From an uncultured Conexibacter sp. (GTDB taxonomy: Bacteria > Actinomycetota > Thermoleophilia > Solirubrobacterales > Solirubrobacteraceae): a DNA stretch of 64,000 bases. The notes beneath the pieces are model-generated. The model did no database searches. It saw only the letters and a program-made list of their open reading frames with translations, and had not been told where the DNA came from. How positions within the stretch are numbered: position 1 is the first letter of the stretch; each line of letters opens with the position of its first letter. A program made the position numbers and the translations under genes. The stretch covers positions 18,567 to 82,566 of the forward strand of contig CAZGJV010000010.1 of assembly GCA_964525715.1 (NCBI GenBank), written 5' to 3'. Shown piece by piece: positions 31,901-40,125 of the stretch.

Positions 31901-34099
31901 ATGCCGCGCGACGACCTCGCCTAAGGCCCGCTCCAGCGCCCTCACGTCGAGCGGCCCCGTCAAGCGGACCGCGTCGCACACGTTGTAGAACGCGTTCCCC
32001 GGCACCAGCCGATCCAGGAACCACAACCGCTGCTGCCCGAACGACAACGGCACCACCTCAGGCCGCGAGACCGGCGCCAACGGCGGAGCCGCCGGAGCGC
32101 GCGGCACCTCCGCGGCGGCTTCGGCCTCGAGCAGCTCGGCGAGCGCCGCCACCGTCGGGTGGTCGAACAGCGCCCGCACGGACAACTCGACGCCGAGCAG
32201 CTTCCGCACCCGATACCGCAGCTGCACCACCAGCAGCGAATGCCCGCCCAGCTCGAAGAAGTCGTCCTCCACCCCCACCGCATCCACGCCAAGCAGCTCC
32301 CGCCACACGCCGCACAAGCACTCCTCCACCGCCGTCCGCGGCGCGACGAACGCGCCGGCCGCCTGCTCCGCGACCGGCTCCTCCGCACGACGGTCCGGCA
32401 CCTCGTCCCGCAGCGACAGCTCGCCGACCGACCGCCACGGCTCCGCCACCGCTGCGCCGATCAGCTGGACGAAGCCCTCCACCATCCCCATCGCCGTCAC
32501 CTCGTCGAACAGATCGGTCGCGTAGCTCACGCCGGCGACCAGCTCGCCGTCGACGTCCCGCACCGCCCAGTCCATGTCGAAGCGCGCGCGACCGGCCTGC
32601 CATCCCGCGACCGCCTCGACGCGCAGGCCCACCGCCGCGAGCTCGCCGGCCGGGCCGTCCCGGCCCTCGGCGCGCGGATCGAGCGGGCCGGGCTCGATCA
32701 GCTGGAACATCACCTGCACCAGCGGATGCCGGCTCAGGTCGCGAACGGGCTGCAGCTCCTCGACCAGCCGGTCGAACGGCAGGTCCTGATGCGCGTACGC
32801 CCCGAGCGACGCCTCCCGCACCCGGCCCAGCAGCTCGGAGAAGGTTGGGTCCCCGGACAGGTCGCCGCGCAGCACGAGCGTGTTGACGAAGAACCCGATC
32901 GTGTGCTCGACCTCGGCCCACGAGCGCCCCGCCGCCGGCACGCCGACCAGCACGTCGTCGCCGGCGCCGTGACGAGACAGCAGCAGCTCGAAGACCGCCG
33001 TCAGCGCCATGAACGGCGTGACACCCTCCCGGCGCGCGAGGTCCTTCAGCGCCTCGCTCAGCTCGCGCCCGAGCCCGCGGCTCACGCTCGCGCCGCGATA
33101 CGTGGGCATCGCGGGCCGTGCGCGATCGGCCGGCAGCTCCAGCACCAGTGGCGCCCCGCGCAGCGTCTCGCGCCAATACGCAAGCTGCCCCTCGAGCAGC
33201 TCGCCCTCCAGCCACCTGCGCTGCCACACGGCGAAGTCGGCGTACTGCACCGGCAACGGCTCCAGCGGCGAGGAGCGGCCCTCCACGCTCGCTCGGTACA
33301 GGGCGGCCACCTCGCCCACCAGCACCTCCCACGACCAGCCGTCGAAGACGATGTGATGCGTCACGAACCACAGCACGTGCTCGCGCTCGCCCAACCGCAC
33401 GAGCCCCGCACGCAGCAGCCGACCGTGCTCCAAGTCGAACGGCCGCGCGCCCTCCCCGCCGACGATCTCACGCGCCAGCGACTCGACGTCCCCGCCGTAC
33501 CCCGACACGTCGAGCAGTGCCGGTGCCGGCGTCCACGGATCCTCCACGACCTGCCGCGGACGGCCGTCACTGTCGACGAAGCGCGTCCGCAGCACCTCAT
33601 GCCGCGCGACGACCTCGCCCACCGCCCGCTCCAGCGCCCCCACGTCCAGCGCGCCAGTCAGGCGCACCGCGTCGCACACGTTGTAGAACGCGTTCCCCGG
33701 CACCAGCCGATCCAGGAACCACAACCGCTGCTGCCCGAACGACAACGGCACCACCGCAGGGCGCGGGAGCGGCACCAACGTCGGAGCCGCGGGCTCACCG
33801 GACGCACCCGACGCGTGCTCGACCGCGTCCGCCAGCCCGGCGACGGTCGGATGGTCGAACAGCACACGCACCGGCAGGTCGACCCCGAACAGCTCCCGCA
33901 GCCGATAGCGCAGCTGCGCCACGAGCAGCGAGTGCCCACCCAACTCGAAGAAGTCGTCCTCCACCCCCACCGCACCCACGCCGAGCAGCTCGGCCCACAG
34001 CGCGCACAGCCGCTCCTCCAGCGGGCTGCGCGCAGCCACCAGCTCACCGCCGACGACCCACCGGCCCTCCGGCTCGGATGCGTTCGGCAGGTCGCTCAT
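28952..34099 (-). CDS. NRPS T-C-T-C-A-T (about 1715 aa), no thioesterase
   Basis: Start MSDLPN overlaps the MFS stop (ATGA). Three DDFFELGGHSLL carrier motifs, two THHIVFDGWS C domains and one A domain (code DPWAVGAIVK, hydrophobic/aromatic-like); ends after the last T. Confidence 0.92.
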   Translation of the reverse strand: MSDLPNASEPEGRWVVGGELVAARSPLEERLCALWAELLGVGAVGVEDDFFELGGHSLLVAQLRYRLRELFGVDLPVRVLFDHPTVAGLADAVEHASGASGEPAAPTLVPLPRPAVVPLSFGQQRLWFLDRLVPGNAFYNVCDAVRLTGALDVGALERAVGEVVARHEVLRTRFVDSDGRPRQVVEDPWTPAPALLDVSGYGGDVESLAREIVGGEGARPFDLEHGRLLRAGLVRLGEREHVLWFVTHHIVFDGWSWEVLVGEVAALYRASVEGRSSPLEPLPVQYADFAVWQRRWLEGELLEGQLAYWRETLRGAPLVLELPADRARPAMPTYRGASVSRGLGRELSEALKDLARREGVTPFMALTAVFELLLSRHGAGDDVLVGVPAAGRSWAEVEHTIGFFVNTLVLRGDLSGDPTFSELLGRVREASLGAYAHQDLPFDRLVEELQPVRDLSRHPLVQVMFQLIEPGPLDPRAEGRDGPAGELAAVGLRVEAVAGWQAGRARFDMDWAVRDVDGELVAGVSYATDLFDEVTAMGMVEGFVQLIGAAVAEPWRSVGELSLRDEVPDRRAEEPVAEQAAGAFVAPRTAVEECLCGVWRELLGVDAVGVEDDFFELGGHSLLVVQLRYRVRKLLGVELSVRALFDHPTVAALAELLEAEAAAEVPRAPAAPPLAPVSRPEVVPLSFGQQRLWFLDRLVPGNAFYNVCDAVRLTGPLDVRALERALGEVVARHEVLRTRFASVGGRPRQIVHEPWTSSLPLVDVSGEDGDLASRVREIVGGEGARPFDLERDRLVRAGLVRLGEREHVLWFVTHHIVFDGWSWDVWLDEVAALYRAGVEGRSSPLGAPPLQYADFAVWQRGSLDRELLDGQLAYWREQLRGAPLALELPTDRPRPAMPTYRGATVTFRIGKEATDALRELARSEGVTLFMVLTAVFELLLSRYGAGDDVVVGVPAAGRSWAEVERTIGFFVNTLVLRGDLSGDPSFRELLARVRAASLDAYAHQDLPFDRLVDELQPVRDVSRHPLVQVMLQLVESGRLDRQAGPAAELGAAGMGVEAFTGCSTGRARFDMEWSARELDGELTINVTYATDLFDEATVARMGEHFARLVDAAVAEPGRAVGELSLLREAERERVLVEWSGSVGEVPDRRVHELVAEQAARSPEAIAVRHGDREIGYGELDRRANQLAWHLRSLGVGRETLVGICVSRSVELVVGVLGILKAGGAYVPVDPSYPAERVAFMLADAGARVVVSDSASARVLPASDAPVVSLDRDRPLIAEQPVTTPPPLATADSLAYVIYTSGSTGTPKGVMVEHRGLTNLACHQSALFDVGPGDRVLQFASLSTDPCLWEILIALLHGATLCLPHAEPHDPHVWRELGITIAALPASVLRTVDPRRVPSLRTIVVGGERCPRELASRWARGRRLFNAYGPTEASIVATIAELDADVEGEPPIGRPIGNVTCFVLDEGLRPLPVGVAGELCIGGVGVARGYLGRAELTTERFVDAPFGGGRLYRSGDVARWRGDSRLEFLGRTDEQVKVRGYRVEPGEVEAALATHAGVREAAVVAREDVAGDRRLVAYAVVEDGVDGEALRSWLRGRLPEFMVPSRVALLERLPSTPSGKVDRRALPAPEGPLRGGASVAPRTAVEECLCGVWRELLGVDAVGVEDDFFELGGHSLLVAEMMARVQEAFAVELSLRVLFEGATVGALAAAVEAARA
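29073..29189. repeat. 117-bp exact direct repeat, copy 1 (T3 carrier domain)
   Basis: Identical to 32232-32348. Confidence 0.9.
31968..32057. repeat. 90-bp exact direct repeat at the start of the duplicated C domains
   Basis: Identical to 33666-33755; the two C domains stay highly similar along their length. Confidence 0.88.
32232..32348. repeat. 117-bp exact direct repeat, copy 2 (T2 carrier domain)
   Basis: Identical to 29073-29189. Confidence 0.9.
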
Positions 34100-35562
34100 C
34101 GCCTCGCCGTCTCCGCCGGACCGAGCAGCGGCGAGCGCACGAGCTCCACCGCCGACTCCGCCTTCGCCGGGCGCCCGGCGACCAGCAGCGCGGCGAGCGC
34201 CACGCCGAGCAGCGCCACGCCGGCATCGAGCAGCAGCCCGTCGTGCAGCGCATGGACGAACGCCTCGCGCACGGCGGTCGTGGCCCCTCCGGACATCTGC
34301 GCTCCGCCCGTACGTGCCTGGATCAGCGCACCCAGCGCGGCGAGGCCGAAGGCACCCCCGAGCGTGCGGGTGGTCGACAGCACGCCCGAGGCGACGCCGC
34401 CCTTGCTCGCCTCGATCGCGTTCATCGCCGCCGTGCTCGTCGGCGACGTCACGAAGCCGAGACCGACCCCCATCAGGGCGAACGCTCCGAGCAGCAGCGT
34501 GAGCGAGCCCTCGACCCCGACGCGGGAGAGCCACACGAGCGACCCCGCGACGACGAGCAGGCCCCAGGACATCAGCCGCCGCGGTCCGACGACGTCTGTC
34601 AGACGACCCGCGACCGGGCCGGCAGCGGTCACGGTCACGGTCGCCGGGAGGAAGCACAGGCCGGCCTTCAGCGGCGAGTAGCCCGCGACGTCCTGCATGT
34701 ACAGCGCGAGGAAGAAGTACATCGAGACCATCGAGAACGCCGCGGTCAGGCCGACGAGGTTGGCGCCGAGGAACGAGCGCGAGCGAAAGCACGCGAAGTC
34801 GACCATCGGCACGCGGCTGCGCCGCTCGATCCGCACGAACGCGACGAGCGCCACGGCCGCGGTCGCGAGCAGCGACAGCTCGCGGGGCGAGCCCCAGCGC
34901 CAGGCGTCGCCCTGGATCAGCGCCAGCATCGCCGTGACGAGCGCGAGCGCCAGGGCGAGCGCGCCCGGCACGTCGAGGCGCCGCTGGACCGTACGGTCGC
35001 GCGACTCCGGCGTCGTCTGCAGCGTCAGTGCGACCGCCGCCGCCGCGACCGGCAGGTTGAGCAGGAAGATCGCGCGCCAACCGACCGTCTGGACGACGAG
35101 GCCGCCGACCACCGGCCCGATCAGCAGCGCCGTCCCCGAAACGCCCGACCACATCCCGATCGCCTTGCCGCGCTCGCCCGGCACAAAGGCGCTCGAGATG
35201 ATCGGCAGCATCGGCGGCATCATCAGGGCGGCGGCGGCGCCCTGGACTGCACGCCACGCGATCAGCCAGGCGTCGTCCGGAGCGCACGCGATCGCGCAGC
35301 TGGCGGCTGCGAACAGGCCGATGCCGAGCAGGAAGCAGCGACGCCGTCCGACCACATCCGCAAGCCGGCCGCCGGCCACCAGCAGCACCGCGAACGTCAG
35401 CGTGTACGCGTTGATCGTCCACTCGAGCGCCGACGTGGGGACGTCCAGGCTCCGCTGGATCGACGGCAAGGCGACGTTGAGGACCGTGCTGTTGAGCATC
35501 AGCATGAACAGGCCGCAGCTCATCGCGCCGAGCGTCCACCAGGGACGGTGCCGCACGGTCAC
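34096..35562 (-). CDS. DHA2-family MFS exporter of the NRPS cluster
   Basis: LNVALPSI, WTINAYTL, GRLADVVGRRR, WRAIFLLNLP, about 14 TM helices; coupled to the NRPS start. Confidence 0.92.
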   Translation of the reverse strand: MTVRHRPWWTLGAMSCGLFMLMLNSTVLNVALPSIQRSLDVPTSALEWTINAYTLTFAVLLVAGGRLADVVGRRRCFLLGIGLFAAASCAIACAPDDAWLIAWRAVQGAAAALMMPPMLPIISSAFVPGERGKAIGMWSGVSGTALLIGPVVGGLVVQTVGWRAIFLLNLPVAAAAVALTLQTTPESRDRTVQRRLDVPGALALALALVTAMLALIQGDAWRWGSPRELSLLATAAVALVAFVRIERRSRVPMVDFACFRSRSFLGANLVGLTAAFSMVSMYFFLALYMQDVAGYSPLKAGLCFLPATVTVTAAGPVAGRLTDVVGPRRLMSWGLLVVAGSLVWLSRVGVEGSLTLLLGAFALMGVGLGFVTSPTSTAAMNAIEASKGGVASGVLSTTRTLGGAFGLAALGALIQARTGGAQMSGGATTAVREAFVHALHDGLLLDAGVALLGVALAALLVAGRPAKAESAVELVRSPLLGPAETARR

Positions 35563-35603
35563 GTCAGGTCAGGTCCAGGAATATTCACCCACATAGGGGG
35601 ACA

Positions 35604-35626
35604 ATATCCATGAACAATATGGATAT
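35604..35626. promoter_or_regulatory. Candidate operator upstream of the MFS-NRPS operon
   Basis: Perfect inverted repeat ATATCCAT-N7-ATGGATAT in an AT-rich stretch. Confidence 0.5.
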
Positions 35627-35644
35627 CAATCTGCTTTTGCTGTC

Positions 35645-35880
35645 CCGACACGGCGCGTGTCGAGCGACAGCATCCAGTCGTTGACACGGTGCGGCGGGTG
35701 GAAGACTGTCATCTCGTCGACGGCCGCTTCGAGCACGCCGAGGCGGGCTGAGAGTCTGCCGGCCGCCGGTCTGCCAGCGCGAGATCGTCTACGGCGTGGC
35801 GTCGAGCAGCGCCGCGACGTCGCGGGCGCTCAGGCCGCCGCGGTCGCAAAGCAGCACGAGCCGGTCGAACGCCGGCCCGA
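35645..35880 (-). pseudogene. Degraded Xre/MbcA(DUF2384)-like antitoxin HTH gene
   Basis: Reads DRGGLSARDVAALLDATP*TISRWQTG (HTH with an in-frame TAG at 35789-35791), then after a frameshift LGVLEAAVDEMTVFHPPHRVNDWMLS. Confidence 0.5.
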
Positions 35881-36092
35881 ACTCGATCGCGCAGCACTCC
35901 CCAGCCGAGCAACGTCAATCGAGGTCGACACCGGCGTCGCCGAGATTACGTGCGAGATCGCCGTCGATCACGCCGCGCCCGCTTGTTCCCGAGGACTCTG
36001 CTTGTTCCCTCGTCCGATACCCGACGTATGGTGTGACACCGGCTCGGGTCCGACAGTGCCGATTTGCAGGTGTTTCCTGCGGAACTCCCCAG

Positions 36093-36166
36093 TCGGGGCG
36101 CCGGGATTTGAACCCGGGACCTCCTGCTCCCAAAGCAGGTGCGCTACCAAGCTGCGCTACGCCCCG
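36093..36166 (-). tRNA. tRNA-Pro(TGG)
   Basis: Reverse complement CGGGGCGTAGCGCAGCTTGGTAGCGCACCTGCTTTGGGAGCAGGAGGTCCCGGGTTCAAATCCCGGCGCCCCGA folds as a cloverleaf with anticodon TGG; CCA is not encoded. Confidence 0.97.
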
Positions 36167-36237
36167 CGACTGCCGAGTATAGGGACGGACGGCTGGACCG
36201 CCGCCGGGATCGCACGGCTTCCGTAGGCTCGCCAGCC

Positions 36238-37038
36238 ATGACCATGCGCATCACGCACATCGGTGGGCCGACTGCGCTGATCGAGGTCGGCGGGTGGCGG
36301 ATCCTGACCGATCCCACGTTCGACGAGGCCGGCCGGAGATACAGCTTCGGCTGGGGCACGTTCTCGCGCAAGCTGGCCGACCCCGCGATCGCGGCCGCAG
36401 ACGTCGGCCCGATAGACGCCGTCCTGCTCAGCCACGACCACCACGACGACAACCTCGACCCTGCCGGGCGTGCCCTGCTCCCGCAGGCCGGCACCGTCGT
36501 CACGACCGTCAGCGGCGCCAAGCGCCTCACCTCCAAAGGCGCCACCAACGCCCAAGGCCTCGCCGACTGGCAGACCACCACGCTCGACGCCCCCGGCAAG
36601 ACCCCGATCGAGATCACCGCCACGCCCTGCCGCCACGGCCCGCCGCTGAGCCGGCCGATCGTCGGCGACGTGATCGGCTTCGCGCTCAGATGCGACGGCC
36701 AGCAGCATGGCGCCGTCTGGATCTCCGGCGACACCGTCCTCTACGACGGCGTCCGCGAGGTCCCCAACCGCATCGACGTCGGCACCGCGATCCTGCACCT
36801 CGGCGGCGTCCGCTTCCCGGTCTCCGGCCCGTTGCATTACACGATGACCGCGAGAGACGCCATCGAGCTCACGCGCCTGACCAACCCCCACACCGCCATC
36901 CCGATCCACTACGAGGGCTGGAAGCACTTCCGCGAGAAGCGCGGCGCCGTCGAGCACGCGCTGGCCGCCGCCCCCGCCGACATCAGAGACCGCTTCCGCT
37001 GGATCCCGATCGGCGAGGCCGTCGACATCGAGACGTGA
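36238..37038 (+). CDS. MBL-fold metallo-hydrolase
   Basis: THIGGPTALIE, ILTDPTFD, LSHDHHDDNLD, ISGDT, PIHYEGW. Confidence 0.9.
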   Translation: MTMRITHIGGPTALIEVGGWRILTDPTFDEAGRRYSFGWGTFSRKLADPAIAAADVGPIDAVLLSHDHHDDNLDPAGRALLPQAGTVVTTVSGAKRLTSKGATNAQGLADWQTTTLDAPGKTPIEITATPCRHGPPLSRPIVGDVIGFALRCDGQQHGAVWISGDTVLYDGVREVPNRIDVGTAILHLGGVRFPVSGPLHYTMTARDAIELTRLTNPHTAIPIHYEGWKHFREKRGAVEHALAAAPADIRDRFRWIPIGEAVDIET

Positions 37039-37508
37039 CGACCCACCGCTACGCCGCCCACGTCGCCTGGACCGGCTCCACCGCCGAGGGCTACGACTCC
37101 TACACGCGCGCGCACGAAGCGACCTCCCCGCCGGTGACGCGCGACCGGCCGCTCCCCCTCTCCGCCGACGCCGCGTTCGGCGGCGACCCGGCCAAGCTCA
37201 ACCCCGAGCAGCTGCTCGTGCTCGCCGCCAGCTCGTGCCAGATGCTGTCGTTCCTCGCCGTCGCCGCCCGCGCGCGCATCGACGTCGTCGCCTACGAGGA
37301 CGACGCCGAGGGCGTGATGCCGGAGGACGAGCGGCCGATGCGGATCACGCGGATCGTCCTGCGCCCGCGGATCGTCATCGCCGGCGACGCGCCCGACGAT
37401 GCCCGGCTCCACCAGCTCACAGAGACGGCGCATCGCCACTGCTTCATCGCGAACAGCCTCAGCACCGAGATCGCGATCGAGCCGGTCTTCACGCGCACGA
37501 GCGGCTGA
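37035..37508 (+). CDS. OsmC/Ohr family protein
   Basis: SADAAFGGD..LNPEQLLVLAASSCQMLSFL and AHRHCFIANSL. GTG overlaps the upstream stop. Confidence 0.88.
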   Translation: MTTHRYAAHVAWTGSTAEGYDSYTRAHEATSPPVTRDRPLPLSADAAFGGDPAKLNPEQLLVLAASSCQMLSFLAVAARARIDVVAYEDDAEGVMPEDERPMRITRIVLRPRIVIAGDAPDDARLHQLTETAHRHCFIANSLSTEIAIEPVFTRTSG

Positions 37509-37618
37509 CGACGCGCGCGTCGTACGCCCAGCCGCGGACAGCCAGCCCGTATCCGGCCGGTCCGGCGCCTCGCTACGATGGGCGCCCCACCAGTCCCACC
37601 CGGAGCACGACAACAGAG

Positions 37619-38017
37619 ATGATGAAGGCGACCGCCCGACGAACCGGCACCTACACGCACGAGATCGACGTGCGCGACCACCGGCTCAACGCCGACGAGG
37701 GCCGCGACGTCGGCGGCGAGGACGAGGCCCCCAACCCGCAGGAGCTGCTGGCTGCGAGCCTCGCCTCCTGCACGGCGATCACCGTCGAGATGTACGCCAA
37801 GCGCAAGGGCTGGGACATCGGCGAGATCGAGGTCGAGGCCGAGTACACGCCCGCCGAGCGCGGCGCCCCCACCCGCTTCAAGCTGCTGCTGCGCCTGCCC
37901 AGAGACCTCACGAGCGAGCAGGTCGAGCGCCTCTCGGTGATCGCCGCGAAGTGCCCGATCCACCGCACGCTCGACGGCGAGGTCATGTTCGACGAGCGCA
38001 TCGAGCTCGTCGGCTGA
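37619..38017 (+). CDS. OsmC family protein
   Basis: ADEG..VGG.D..PNPQELLAASLASCTAITVEMYAKRKGW and KCPIHRTL. Confidence 0.9.
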   Translation: MMKATARRTGTYTHEIDVRDHRLNADEGRDVGGEDEAPNPQELLAASLASCTAITVEMYAKRKGWDIGEIEVEAEYTPAERGAPTRFKLLLRLPRDLTSEQVERLSVIAAKCPIHRTLDGEVMFDERIELVG

Positions 38018-38027
38018 GCCGGGCGGC

Positions 38028-38639
38028 GTGAGCGCGATCCGCGAGGAGCTGCGCGAGCGCCTCGCCGCGGCCGCGAGCGCGGGGAGCGATCAGGCCGAGC
38101 CGGCCCACCTGCACCTCAGAGACGAGACCGAGGCCGCCGTGCTCGTCCCGCTCTACGTCCGCGACGGCGAGCTGCACGCGGTCTTCACCAAACGCCGCGA
38201 GGACCTGCGCCGCCACCCCGGCGAGATCTCGTTTCCCGGCGGCCGCCGCGACCATCCTGACGAGCAGCTCGAGACGACCGCGCTGCGCGAGGCCGAGGAG
38301 GAGATCGGCCTCGCCCCGGAGACCGTCGACCTGCTCGGCACGCTCACTCCGGTCAGCACGTTCGTGACCGGCTACCTGATCTACCCGCACGTCGGGCTGA
38401 TCGAGCCGATCGCCTGGAAGCCCAGCCCGAACGAGGTCGAGCTGATCCTCGAGCTGCCGCTGCACGCGCTGATCGCCGGCTACGCGCTGCGGCCGATGAC
38501 GCGCCGCGGCTTCACGTTCGAGACCGACACGTACGTCGTCGGCGACCACCTCATCTGGGGCGCCACCGCCCGCATCCTCGGCGACCTTCTGGAGCGCCTG
38601 GGGCCGCTCGCCGAGCGGCGGAGCGGCCCCGGCTCATAA
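38028..38639 (+). CDS. Nudix hydrolase, CoA pyrophosphatase family
   Basis: AAVLVPL, HPGEISFPGG, ALREAEEEIG, IWGATARIL. Confidence 0.92.
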   Translation: MSAIREELRERLAAAASAGSDQAEPAHLHLRDETEAAVLVPLYVRDGELHAVFTKRREDLRRHPGEISFPGGRRDHPDEQLETTALREAEEEIGLAPETVDLLGTLTPVSTFVTGYLIYPHVGLIEPIAWKPSPNEVELILELPLHALIAGYALRPMTRRGFTFETDTYVVGDHLIWGATARILGDLLERLGPLAERRSGPGS

Positions 38640-38651
38640 TGCGCCGGGCGC

Positions 38652-39494
38652 TCAGGCGCCCTTCTCGATCGGCACGTTGACGAGGTTGCCCCACTCGGTC
38701 CACGAGCCGTCGTAGTTTCTGACGTCCTCCTGGCCGAGCAGCTCGTGCAGCACGAACCACGTGTGCGCCGAGCGCTCGCCGATGCGGCAGTAGGCGATGA
38801 TCGGATCGCCGCTCAGCACGCCTCTGCCGCCGTACAGCTCGCGCAGCTCGTCGGCCGACTTGAACGTGCCGTCCTCCTGCACCGCTCTCGCCCACGGGAT
38901 CGACGCCGCGCCCGGGATGTGGCCGCCGCGCTGGGCGCCCTCCTGCTCGTAACCGGCCATCGCGATCAGCTCGCCGGAGAACTCCTGCGGCGAGCGCACG
39001 TCGACGAGCTTGCGGCCGTCGCCGAGCGCCGACTGCACCTCGTCGCGCTTGGCGCGGATCGCGTCGTTGCCGGGCTGCGCGGTGAACGTCGTCGCCGCGT
39101 GCGACGGCACGTCGGTCGACGTCGCGCGACCCTCGGCGATCCAGCGCTCGCGCGGGCCGTTGAGCAGCTTGACGTTGTCGTGCCCGTAGTACTTGAGGTA
39201 CCAGTAGGTGTAGGCGGCGAACCAGTTGTTGCGATCGCCGTAGAGCACGATCAGGTGGTCGTTCGAGATGCCGTGCTTGCCGAACAGCTCGCCGAACGCC
39301 TCGGGGCCGAGGAAGTCGCGCTTGACCTGGTCCTGCAGGTCCTTCTGCCAGTCGAAGCCGATCGCGCTGGGGATGTGCGCCTCGGCGTAGAGCGCCGGGT
39401 TCTCGTCGACCTCGACGATGCGGATGCCCTCGTCGTCCAGATGCTGCTCGAGCCACTCGGGCTCCACCAGCACGTCCTTCGCATACTCAGCCAC
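38652..39494 (-). CDS. Tandem-domain sulfurtransferase (rhodanese, CysA/SseA-like)
   Basis: VEVDE, HIPSA, LYGDRNNWFAAY, GGHIPGA, active-site YCRIGERS, NYDGSWTEWGN. GTG start at 39494. Confidence 0.93.
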   Translation of the reverse strand: MAEYAKDVLVEPEWLEQHLDDEGIRIVEVDENPALYAEAHIPSAIGFDWQKDLQDQVKRDFLGPEAFGELFGKHGISNDHLIVLYGDRNNWFAAYTYWYLKYYGHDNVKLLNGPRERWIAEGRATSTDVPSHAATTFTAQPGNDAIRAKRDEVQSALGDGRKLVDVRSPQEFSGELIAMAGYEQEGAQRGGHIPGAASIPWARAVQEDGTFKSADELRELYGGRGVLSGDPIIAYCRIGERSAHTWFVLHELLGQEDVRNYDGSWTEWGNLVNVPIEKGA

Positions 39495-39566
39495 GGGGCA
39501 TGACCTCCGAATTCCTATCGCCTTTTGCCCATTTGCGGCGAGTCTAGCGCAAGCCGACCGCCGCGC

Positions 39567-39600
39567 GAGCATTTCCCCACTGATCTAGTAGGAAATGCTC
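39567..39600. promoter_or_regulatory. Palindrome upstream of the sulfurtransferase: Rrf2-like operator and/or terminator
   Basis: GAGCATTTCC-N14-GGAAATGCTC with core CCCACT-GATCT-AGTAGG. Confidence 0.5.
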
Positions 39601-39612
39601 CGGGGCGAGGCG

Positions 39613-40113
39613 TTACGCCCGCTCGAACGCGAGCAGGTCGTCGATCGCATCCAGCGCCGACGCGAGCCACGCGTCGTGGTCGGCCGGGTCCGCCGACAGC
39701 AGCGCGTGCGGGATCTCGGACTTGTCGCACGCGGCCTGCACGGTCTCCGCCCCGGCCGCGAGCAGCGCCGGATCCACCGACCCCGCCGCCTCGTACAGCA
39801 GCCCGCGCACGGTCGTGTCGATCGTGCGCTCCAGCAGCATTCTCAGCCGCGAGCCGTGCAGCGCCTCGAGCTTCTCGTCAGGCCCATCCGCCGAGCCCAT
39901 CAGCCAGCAGAGGATCGTCACGTCGGCGAGCGCGTAGTGGATCGACGCGATGCGGTCGGGGTCGCCGACCCACACGTCGGCGCCCGCCGCCTCGATCGCC
40001 GGCCGGTTCGCCTCGTCGCGCGTCGTGCCGCGCACCGCGTGCCCCTGCGCGCGCAGCGCCCGCGCGAGCGCCTGCCCGCGACAGCCACAGCCGACGATCA
40101 GCACGCGCGCCAC
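39613..40113 (-). CDS. NAD(P)-binding Rossmann-fold protein (TrkA-N-like)
   Basis: RVLIVGCGCRGQALA dinucleotide-binding motif and VRGTTR. Confidence 0.75.
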   Translation of the reverse strand: MARVLIVGCGCRGQALARALRAQGHAVRGTTRDEANRPAIEAAGADVWVGDPDRIASIHYALADVTILCWLMGSADGPDEKLEALHGSRLRMLLERTIDTTVRGLLYEAAGSVDPALLAAGAETVQAACDKSEIPHALLSADPADHDAWLASALDAIDDLLAFERA

Positions 40114-40125
40114 GGCGGGAATGTG

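Noticed and set aside
34100..35539. N-terminal 480 aa of the 2195-aa ORF in the track
   Set aside because: It is an alternative frame of the MFS gene. The NRPS starts at ATG 34099, which overlaps the MFS stop.
15900..36166. Integrase or att direct repeat bounding the NRPS island
   Set aside because: No recombinase ORF and no second copy of the tRNA-Pro 3' end were found by eye.
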